64,000 nucleotides of DNA. Source: Polyangiaceae bacterium (GTDB taxonomy: Bacteria > Myxococcota_A > Polyangia > Polyangiales > Polyangiaceae). Positions 56,539-64,000 of this stretch are shown here, piece by piece; the first letter of the stretch is position 1, and each line of letters begins with the position of its first letter. Under the pieces are notes generated by a model. The model was given only the letters and a program-made list of their open reading frames with translations, was not told where the DNA came from and made no database searches. The position numbers and the translations under genes were made by a program. The stretch covers positions 64,001 to 128,000 of the forward strand of contig JBILLK010000002.1 in the NCBI GenBank assembly GCA_044376115.1, given 5' to 3'.

Positions 56539-56949
56539 CTAGCGAGCTTTGGGGGCGGCCGTCGTCACCCAAGCGACGGCTTCCGCCTCATCGTGGAAGG
56601 CGATCAGTCGCTGGGCCTCATGAAGCCTTTGGAGCCGATCCACCTGTAGCGAGCCGAGGGCGCTCTGGACCAGCAGCGCGTTGCGCTCAAAACGAGCCGC
56701 CACGCGCTGGCTAGCCATTACGATCGCTTGCAACAGCAGCGGATCGGTAGAGAGCGGACCCAGCCGAGTATCGTAAAGAAGTCCGCGAGCCGACGCTGCT
56801 TTGGTTTTTACGGCTCGCTCAACCTTGAGAAAACTCTCCTCGATCTCTGAAATGGAGGGAAACGGCGCGGCGGTGCGGTTGAGCCGGACGTAACCCTGAG
56901 CCGCCTGGAGCTGTACAATCAGGTAAGGGTCTTGAAAGATCGTCGGCAT
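56539..56949 (-). CDS. STAS/SpoIIAA-like small protein
   Basis: LLYDTR, RNALLVQSALG.LQ..R, F.DEAEA.AW. Confidence 0.7.
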   Translation of the reverse strand: MPTIFQDPYLIVQLQAAQGYVRLNRTAAPFPSISEIEESFLKVERAVKTKAASARGLLYDTRLGPLSTDPLLLQAIVMASQRVAARFERNALLVQSALGSLQVDRLQRLHEAQRLIAFHDEAEAVAWVTTAAPKAR

Positions 56950-56959
56950 AGGCTCTCCG

Positions 56960-58156
56960 CTACTGCGGACCGCTGCAGCCGAGCACCACGTCCACCTTCT
57001 CCACCTCTCCGCTCTTGAGCTCGCTGCAAGCGGTGCCGTGGAAGGTGACCTGGTTGGTGCCCGCGTCGTAGCTCCAGCCAGCCATCATGGTCGCGTCCTC
57101 AGGTACCGGTGCCTGATCGAAAAAGACGTAAATTTGGCTCGAATCGGGCGGCACCGTATCGAGCGTGAAGGTGCAGCTGATCGCCTTGGTGGCAATCACC
57201 TCCAGCGCGGCTAGCAGGCTGGCTTGATCCGCCGCATCGTAGTAGCTCGGTCCGGAGTTCGGCACGCCCCCCGCTTCCGCAAACAAGTCCATCTGCTCCG
57301 GATCGACGCCATCACCAAAGCCCAATACGAAGGTGGGAACATTGGCCGTTAAAAGTTCAGCAATGGTGGCCAGCGTTCCGTTGTCTCCGCCGGCTGCATT
57401 GCAACCAGCTTGTTTGCCGTCGGTGAGCAACGCTACATAGCTATCTCGCGTTGCGTCGGCTAGCTCGGGTGCCGCCGCCGCCTGCGTCATCGCTGTGTCG
57501 ATGTTGGTTACGCACGGGCCGTCGGGGAAGTAGGGGTCATTGTTCGCTAGTGCGTTGGTCAATAGCGTTTGAATCGCGGGCGCGGAGCCCGGCGCAATGG
57601 GCACGGGGATGACGTCCTGCGCGCAGTTGGGCGCTACCAAGTCCGGAAACAGCGTAAGGCCAAAGCGAATTTTGTCGCCGTAGTTGGTGGTGAAGGTGTT
57701 GATCGCCGCGACGGCCGCTTCCCATTTGGTGGCCCCTCCGGGCACTACCTGGGTCATCGAGCAGGAGCGGTCGAGGACCAGCAGTACATTGGGTGCAATA
57801 GGCTCGATGGTCGCCATCAGGTCTTCGCAGCCACCCCCAGGAACGCAGGTCATCGAGGGTACGTCGCAGACAGTCCCTGGCTGAGTGCAGTCGTTGTCAT
57901 CCAAGCAGCTACCGACATCGATGCATTGCCCCGCCGCACTGCAAAACTGCGGCGCGACGCACGCGGGCTCACAGCCTACCACCCCGCCGCCAGAGCCGCC
58001 GCCGGCGCTGCCTGTCGCCCCGCCGCCGCCATCACCCCCCGCGCCACCTAGCCCTCCCGTTGCGCCCGTCGCTCCAGAGCCGCCGCCTCCCGAGCCGCTG
58101 TCGGAGCAAGCGACTACGAGAGTGAGCACGGTGGCAATGAGGCGAAGCTTGTACAT
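56960..58156 (-). CDS. VWA-domain lipoprotein (CglB-like)
   Basis: Lipobox VVAC; MIDAS DRSCSM, T, LLTDG; GW.YD.....V.FHG.AC tail. Confidence 0.88.
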   Translation of the reverse strand: MYKLRLIATVLTLVVACSDSGSGGGGSGATGATGGLGGAGGDGGGGATGSAGGGSGGGVVGCEPACVAPQFCSAAGQCIDVGSCLDDNDCTQPGTVCDVPSMTCVPGGGCEDLMATIEPIAPNVLLVLDRSCSMTQVVPGGATKWEAAVAAINTFTTNYGDKIRFGLTLFPDLVAPNCAQDVIPVPIAPGSAPAIQTLLTNALANNDPYFPDGPCVTNIDTAMTQAAAAPELADATRDSYVALLTDGKQAGCNAAGGDNGTLATIAELLTANVPTFVLGFGDGVDPEQMDLFAEAGGVPNSGPSYYDAADQASLLAALEVIATKAISCTFTLDTVPPDSSQIYVFFDQAPVPEDATMMAGWSYDAGTNQVTFHGTACSELKSGEVEKVDVVLGCSGPQ

Positions 58157-58267
58157 CCCGGAATTGGACCAGATCAGGTGCCGCCGTGAAAGAGCGATTG
58201 ACCGCGCGGCTCGAGAGTCGCAGCTTACGCCCTTGTCAGCGCACACAGCTCTGCCTACCCACCCTCG

Positions 58268-59314
58268 GTGAATACGCTCCATTTGTCGCCAGGGTCGCTG
58301 CCCAATCGGAACGAAAGAGTTCGCGCCTTGCGCGCGTTGATGGGCACGCCTGACCGTCGCGTCGCGCAGATGGCGCTGGGTATCCGCAACACGGCCCACC
58401 GTCACTTCGAGGCCGAAGTCGTCCCGCTCGTTGAACAACATTGGCCCGCAACGATAGGGTCGACCTTCTACGCGAAGCTCCGCATTGGGGCGTGCGATCT
58501 CTACGCCTCGGCGCCGTATACAGCGATGTTCTGCGCACCCGAGCGTCCAGCTTTGGTGCGCGCCGTGACGTTGCTCGGAAACGCAGTGCGGCTACCGCCT
58601 TTCGCTTTGCCTCTGCTTGGGCGCCTGACGATGGAGCTATTGGGCCGCTACGCCTATCGCGACGAGCATCGGCGTATCATCTTGGTGGCGGCCTTCGTGG
58701 TCGTGGTGGACCACGTCTTTGACCACTGTATGAAGCAGCCTGGGCCGCTCCGTGCTGAGGTTCTGATTGCGGTGATCGACGGCACGCGTGCGCCTGAATC
58801 GGATGAGCTGCGGCTGGTTCGGGCCTTGGTCCTTGCGATGGGTCGAGGCTTGGGGCCGGCGGATCAGGCCTGCTTCGACGCTGCGATGAGCGGCGTACGC
58901 AGCTGGATCCACGCGGAGGTGAGGGCGATGGAGGGCCAGGTTGACCCCCTCGGACTCGGCCATCGACTCGCTGGGGTGGAAGGCACGATTGACGGTCTGC
59001 TATTCCCGGTGGCTCGTTTCGGTTGTGTCGGCGCGCGAAGTTGGATGGTGCAGGTGTCGATGTTCGTCCAAATCATGGACGATTGGCTCGACCTCGAGAG
59101 CGACGCTCGCTCGGACCGTCCCACGCCGGTGACCGAGGGAGCGTGGGGATATCGTGATCTTGCGCGGGCCTGGCAGCAGACCCTCGACGGGCTCGAGAGC
59201 CTGGTTCGGGAGGCGGATCTTTCGGCTCCTCACTACGTTGCCTTCGTGCGCTCGAGCTACGTGTGCATGATGCACGATGTGATGGAGGCCATGGTGGAGA
59301 GACCGGATCAGTGA
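58268..59314 (+). CDS. All-helical protein with isoprenoid synthase-like Asp motifs
   Basis: VVVDHVFD and VQIMDDWLDLESD. Confidence 0.6.
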   Translation: MNTLHLSPGSLPNRNERVRALRALMGTPDRRVAQMALGIRNTAHRHFEAEVVPLVEQHWPATIGSTFYAKLRIGACDLYASAPYTAMFCAPERPALVRAVTLLGNAVRLPPFALPLLGRLTMELLGRYAYRDEHRRIILVAAFVVVVDHVFDHCMKQPGPLRAEVLIAVIDGTRAPESDELRLVRALVLAMGRGLGPADQACFDAAMSGVRSWIHAEVRAMEGQVDPLGLGHRLAGVEGTIDGLLFPVARFGCVGARSWMVQVSMFVQIMDDWLDLESDARSDRPTPVTEGAWGYRDLARAWQQTLDGLESLVREADLSAPHYVAFVRSSYVCMMHDVMEAMVERPDQ

Positions 59315-60216
59315 AGTCGTTCGAGACTAGCTCGGAACTGGATCTGTCCTTTCTAGCGCCTGTGCTCTTGGTCATGGGCAAAGGTGGCGTCGGAAAGACT
59401 ACGGTTGCGGCGGGTCTTGCTTACGCTGCGTCGAGCGCGGAAGCGCCTGCCACGCTGGTCGAGTTTGGCGACGGCGAGTCCGGTAAACGCGCGCTCTTGG
59501 GTTCGGACCGCATTGTCGAGCACGTGGTCATCACGCCAGAGCAAGCGCTCGAAGCAGGGGCCGCGCCGCTCTTTGGCTCGGCGCTCTTGGCCAAGGTCGC
59601 CCTTGGCAACTTCGCGATGAAGCCGCTATTGCGAGCTGCCCCGGCGATTCGCGAGCTCGCCATGCTCGAGGCGGTGCGGGTGGTAGCGGCCCAGCGCCCG
59701 GGCCGACGTATCGTCGTCGATATGCCGGCGACTGGGCACGGCGTCGCTTGGCTTCGCGTCCCGCGGCAGGGGCGGGATTTTCTCGGCTCCGGTCCGTTAT
59801 TCGAATTGTGCGACGGGCTCGCTCGCAACTTGCTTAGTCAGGGCCGCGCATCGATCGTGGTGGTTACGCTACCCGAGGCCCTGGTGATCGAGGAGACGCT
59901 CGAGCTGTGTTTGGCGTTGCAGACCGAGACCGCGTTGAGCGTGCAAGCGCTCGTGCTCAATCGACAAGCCGGGCCGGTGGCGCAAGCAGCCCTCGCTGAT
60001 GCACTTCAATGGTCGCAAAAGGGGGGAGCAATCGGTGCGGCAGCCCAAGAGCTGCTCACGATCTTGCGGTCGCGCGAGCAGACCCGCGAAGCGCAACGTA
60101 CGGCGCTCGCGCCGCTGCGAGCCAGCGGCTGTCGCTTCCTGAGCGTCACCGAGACGGTCGAAGCGCCGCTTGCGCAACGTGTGGCCGCGATGCTCGCGGA
60201 GCTAGGCGAAGTATGA
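59311..60216 (+). CDS. ArsA/Get3-family ATPase (BagA-like)
   Basis: GKGGVGKTT, APAIREL, VVDMPATGH, VTLPE....E, LNR; GTG overlaps upstream stop. Confidence 0.9.
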   Translation: MKSFETSSELDLSFLAPVLLVMGKGGVGKTTVAAGLAYAASSAEAPATLVEFGDGESGKRALLGSDRIVEHVVITPEQALEAGAAPLFGSALLAKVALGNFAMKPLLRAAPAIRELAMLEAVRVVAAQRPGRRIVVDMPATGHGVAWLRVPRQGRDFLGSGPLFELCDGLARNLLSQGRASIVVVTLPEALVIEETLELCLALQTETALSVQALVLNRQAGPVAQAALADALQWSQKGGAIGAAAQELLTILRSREQTREAQRTALAPLRASGCRFLSVTETVEAPLAQRVAAMLAELGEV

Positions 60217-61316
60217 AGCCTCAAAAGGCGAAGCTGCCGCACGTCGTCGTTTGCGCCGGAGGCGGTGGCGTCGGCAAGACCACGACCTCAGCCGCTTTGG
60301 CGTTGGCCTCGGCTACCGCGGGCAACCACACCTTGGTGGTGACGATCGACCCTGCGCGACGGCTGGCCAGTGCGTTGGGCGTGCCGCGTAGCGAGGCGCT
60401 GATGCCGGTGCAGCGAGCAGGTCTAACCGGCGTTCTCGACGTGCTGATGCCGGACCCGCGGCGATCGATGGGCCTGTTCATCGACGATCTATTTGCAAAT
60501 GAGCCCGAGGCGAAGGCGCATCTAATGGGCAATCGGCTTTTTATTGGCTTGAGCGATGCTGCAGCAGGAGTGCACGAGCTCGTCGCCATGAATCTCGTGG
60601 CGCAGGCGGCGGCGCAAGGCCGCTATCAGGTTATCGTGATTGATACGGCGCCATCGCGACACGCGATCGACTTTGTCTCCTATCCAGCCCGTCTCGCGAG
60701 TCTGCTTGGCGGAAAAACGGTGGCGTGGCTCGCGGGCCTCGCAGAACGAAGCGCACAGGCGCCTGCAAAGCGTGGCGTGCTTTCATGGGGTGCTAGCCGG
60801 GTAGAGAGCTTGCTGTCGCGCGTTACCGGCCCCAACCTATTGGCGGATACGGCGAGTCTATTTGGGGACATCGCCAAGGTGCGTGGTCAATTCGTCGAGC
60901 GTACTCGGCAGGCAGGAGAGCTGCTGACGGGCGACCAAACCTCCTATTTGCTGGTGGTCGCGCCCACGACCGCCGCGTTGGACGACGCCGCCTATTTGAA
61001 CAAGCGGCTGCGCTCGCTCGGCCGCCCGGTGCGCGCCGTGGTGATGAATCGCGCCGACGTCGCTGCTCCTTCCTATCTGCAACCGCTGCAATCGCAGGCG
61101 GATCTCCCTGGTTCTCTGAGGCTCACGCTCGACGCGCTGGAAGAGGAGAGGCGGTCGCGTACGCTGATGGCGGCACGTGCTGAGAAGACGCTGCGCGCCA
61201 GTTTTCCGCGTCAGCCGATCGTTCGCTTGCCCTTCCTCGAGGGACTTACGCCGAGTGAGGTGGCCGCGCGTTTGGCGCTCGAACTTGGGCCTGAGTTCCA
61301 GCAACGGTGGCTGTAG
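60213..61316 (+). CDS. ArsA/Get3-family ATPase (BagB-like)
   Basis: CAGGGGVGKTT, TIDPARRLASALG, IDTAPSRHAIDF...PARL; ATGA overlap. Confidence 0.9.
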   Translation: MKPQKAKLPHVVVCAGGGGVGKTTTSAALALASATAGNHTLVVTIDPARRLASALGVPRSEALMPVQRAGLTGVLDVLMPDPRRSMGLFIDDLFANEPEAKAHLMGNRLFIGLSDAAAGVHELVAMNLVAQAAAQGRYQVIVIDTAPSRHAIDFVSYPARLASLLGGKTVAWLAGLAERSAQAPAKRGVLSWGASRVESLLSRVTGPNLLADTASLFGDIAKVRGQFVERTRQAGELLTGDQTSYLLVVAPTTAALDDAAYLNKRLRSLGRPVRAVVMNRADVAAPSYLQPLQSQADLPGSLRLTLDALEEERRSRTLMAARAEKTLRASFPRQPIVRLPFLEGLTPSEVAARLALELGPEFQQRWL

Positions 61317-61422
61317 TCCACGCAATGACACGGGGTACACGGTCAGAAGCTGCACCGAACCCCGTACCGCGATCACACCAATAGTTTGGCGAGCTACCGA
61401 GGGGTGGTTGTAGGCTCGCGCG

Positions 61423-62979
61423 GTGGGGGACACGGTTGATGAGCGCGCCATCTTTGTCAAAGGACCGGTGGTGCTATTCAAGTGGCGAAACGCGCCCGGT
61501 TGGCCTGTCGAATACGCCTCGCCCAACGTCGTCGAAGTGTTTGGCTACTCTGCACAGGCGTTCCTTTCGGGCGAAATCTCCTACGGCGAGCTGATCGAGC
61601 CGATGGATGGTGAGCGCGTCGCTCGCGAGGTCGCCGCTGCGTCTGAGAGCGGAGCCAAGTCCTTCGTGCACGAGCCCTATCGGATCCGCGCGCGCGACGG
61701 ATCTGTGCGCTGGCTCTACGACTTTACGCAGCTGCTCCGCGACCCTGAGGGCAACGTAACGCACTATCAAGGGTACGTGATTGACACCACGGAGCGCGTC
61801 ATCGCTCAGGACGAAGCTCGCGAACTCGAGCGCAGGCTTTTTCATTCGCAGAAGCTCGAGAGTCTGGGCGTCCTCGCCGGTGGGGTCGCACATGACTTCA
61901 ATAACCTCCTAACGGGAATTCTCGGCCAGGCCTCGCTGGCGAAGCGGCGACTGGGGCAATCGCCCGAGGGGCTTGCTGAAGCGCTCGACCAAATCGAGAT
62001 CCTCAGCCGTCGAGCCGCCGACCTGACTCGCCAGCTACTTGCCTATTCGGGTAAGGGCACCTTCGTCATCGGACCGGTGGACCTGGGCGAGGTGGTTCGG
62101 GAGCTGCGCGGGATGCTCGAGGTCGTGATACCGAAGAAGGCCAGTTTGGAGCTGGAACTCGGCGCGATCCCCAAAGTGCTTGGCGACCGCGCGCAGTTGC
62201 AACAGGTGGTGATGAATCTGCTCACCAACGCTGCCGAAGCGTTGGGGGATAACGTCGGGGCGATACGTCTACGCACGCAGATCATTGAGCAGACGGCGGA
62301 GAGTCTCGCTGCGCGGGGTGCGAGCTCGCTGCAGCCTGGTCGCTACGTATCGCTCGAGGTTGAGGACTCCGGCTGCGGCATGACCGAGGAGGTCCGTGAG
62401 CGATTGTTCGATCCGTTCTTCACTACGAAGACGACGGGGCGGGGGTTGGGCATGTCCGCCGTGTTGGGGATCGTGCGCGGGCACAAAGGCCACATCGAGG
62501 TTCGATCCACGCCTGGACGCGGCACCACGTTCCAGCTGTTGCTGCCGCCAACGAATGAGCGCGCTCGGGAAGCGCTGCCTGAGGTCGATGCTCGAAAGCC
62601 AGGGGTGGGGACCCTCCTGGTGGTCGATGATGAAGCCAGTATTCGGCAAATTTTGAAGGTGCTTCTTGGCTACCTCGGCTACCAAGTCCTGTTAGCGGAA
62701 AACGGCGCGCAGGCACTGGAGCTGTACCAACAGCACGCCTCGGAGATCGTGCTCGTGCTGATGGACATGACGATGCCGGTGATGTCGGGACCCGAGGCTC
62801 TCCGGCTGCTACGGGCGCAAGCGCCAACCTTGCCCATCGTGCTATCGAGTGGCTTCAGCGAGCACGACGCCGCCCGTTCGTTGGGCTGCGAACAAGCAAC
62901 GGCATTTCTGCAAAAACCTTACGACACGGCCGAGATCGAACGGGTGATCACGACCGCTCTGTCAAAGACTAGTCGCTAG
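61423..62979 (+). CDS. PAS hybrid histidine kinase (CckA-like)
   Basis: PAS/PAC, QKLESLGVLAGGVAHDFNNLL, NL..NA, DSGCGM, FDPFFTTK..GRGLG, receiver VDDE/DMTMP/KP. Confidence 0.95.
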   Translation: MGDTVDERAIFVKGPVVLFKWRNAPGWPVEYASPNVVEVFGYSAQAFLSGEISYGELIEPMDGERVAREVAAASESGAKSFVHEPYRIRARDGSVRWLYDFTQLLRDPEGNVTHYQGYVIDTTERVIAQDEARELERRLFHSQKLESLGVLAGGVAHDFNNLLTGILGQASLAKRRLGQSPEGLAEALDQIEILSRRAADLTRQLLAYSGKGTFVIGPVDLGEVVRELRGMLEVVIPKKASLELELGAIPKVLGDRAQLQQVVMNLLTNAAEALGDNVGAIRLRTQIIEQTAESLAARGASSLQPGRYVSLEVEDSGCGMTEEVRERLFDPFFTTKTTGRGLGMSAVLGIVRGHKGHIEVRSTPGRGTTFQLLLPPTNERAREALPEVDARKPGVGTLLVVDDEASIRQILKVLLGYLGYQVLLAENGAQALELYQQHASEIVLVLMDMTMPVMSGPEALRLLRAQAPTLPIVLSSGFSEHDAARSLGCEQATAFLQKPYDTAEIERVITTALSKTSR

Positions 62980-63040
62980 CGCTGCTTCCCGAGAGGTCGG
63001 CGCCAGCGGTGTTGCAGCCGAAATCTAAGTGAGGCTGCCA

Positions 63041-64000
63041 CTAACTCTCGTCCAAATTTAGCTTGGAGAGCTTGTAGACCAGCGTCCTCCTCGGTAGGCC
63101 CAGGAGTTCAGCAGCCTTGGTTCGGTTGCCACCAGTCTCGCGTAGCGCCGCAAGAATTCGCTCCCGCTCGAAGTCTTTCACCGATGACCGTACATCGGGA
63201 ATGCGGACGTTTGCATCGCTCGTCGGTGGAGGATCGGCGGTGCGTGTGTGAAGGGCTTCTGGCAGATGCTCCACGTCGATCGTTGTGCCATCGCAGAAAG
63301 CGATGGCCCGCTCCATCACGTGCTTGAGCTCCCGCACGTTGCCAGGCCAGGCGTAGCTCGCAAGCCGTGCGTCGGCTGCAGGCGTGAGCTGCGGTGGCTT
63401 GGCAGCCAACGTCCGCAAAAAGAATCGGGCGAGCGCGCCAACCTCGGTTGCGCGTTCGCGAAGCGGCGGTAGCCGAAGCGAGACTCCGTTGAGCCGAAAT
63501 AGGAGGTCCTGTCGGAACTTCTTTTCGAGCGCGAGCGTGGTCAGATCTTGGTGTGTCGCCGCTACCACGCGAAGATCCACCTTGCGCTCCTGGTTCGCTC
63601 CCACGCGGCGCACCGTTTGTTCTTCGAGGACTCGCAAAAGTTTGGCCTGCAACGGGAGCGGGAGTTCACCGATCTCATCGAGGAAGAGCGTCCCCTTGTC
63701 GGCACTTTCAATTAGCCCAGCCTTGGCTGTGACGGCCCCGGAGAAGGCACCGCGCTCATGCCCAAAGAGCTCGCTCTCGATCAGGTTTTCCGGGAGTGTC
63801 GCCGTGTTGACCGCCACGAGCGGGCCGCTGCGACCGCTCAAACGGTGCAATTCACGCGCGAATACTTCCTTCCCCGTTCCCGTCTCCCCAAGCAGGAGTA
63901 CCGAGAGCGCCCTAGGAGCTACACGACGAAGCTCCGAGTGGAGGCGCACGAGCGAGGGATAGCGGAAAGGCTCGGGTATATCGGCTGATTCTTGGGGCGT
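63041..64000 (-). CDS. Sigma54-dependent enhancer-binding protein (N-terminus outside window)
   Basis: [38 protein letters not shown], Fis HTH. Confidence 0.95.
   Translation of the reverse strand, partial: TPQESADIPEPFRYPSLVRLHSELRRVAPRALSVLLLGETGTGKEVFARELHRLSGRSGPLVAVNTATLPENLIESELFGHERGAFSGAVTAKAGLIESADKGTLFLDEIGELPLPLQAKLLRVLEEQTVRRVGANQERKVDLRVVAATHQDLTTLALEKKFRQDLLFRLNGVSLRLPPLRERATEVGALARFFLRTLAAKPPQLTPAADARLASYAWPGNVRELKHVMERAIAFCDGTTIDVEHLPEALHTRTADPPPTSDANVRIPDVRSSVKDFERERILAALRETGGNRTKAAELLGLPRRTLVYKLSKLNLDES

Noticed and set aside
59311..61316. Arsenic resistance operon
   Set aside because: No arsB/acr3/arsC/arsR/arsD; motifs fit the BagAB/Get3-like pair

Overview
GC-rich window that looks myxobacterial (Myxococcota, probably Polyangiales; inferred from the many Cys/Gly-rich lipoproteins, AgmX/PglI-type, CglB-like VWA and ferritin-like lipoprotein families). 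It holds about 55 CDS and no rRNA, tRNA, CRISPR or transposase that I can see. Housekeeping genes are gatC, gatA, truB, hemL, pit+DUF47, a DAACS symporter and a K+ channel; about 24 predicted lipoproteins lie among them. The strongest candidate system is at 29684-32024 (-): a radical SAM/SPASM enzyme closely resembling PlpX-type tyramine-excising 'spliceases', 31 bp upstream of a 350-aa protein built as Zn-ribbon / internal signal peptide / lipobox-Cys-Tyr-Gly / Ca-binding Cys-rich repeats. The splicease target motif XYG therefore falls on the lipidation cysteine. Other candidates are a sigma54-driven FG-GAP/beta-hairpin (pore-former-like) lipoprotein + lipoprotein + porin operon; an isoprenoid-synthase-fold gene coupled to a BagAB/Get3-like ATPase pair; a cold-shock-SUKH fusion; a lytic transglycosylase-dead M16 fusion; frequent leaderless promoters; a structured intergenic hairpin; and two frameshifted loci. 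All family calls come from motif recognition by eye; no database searches were run.
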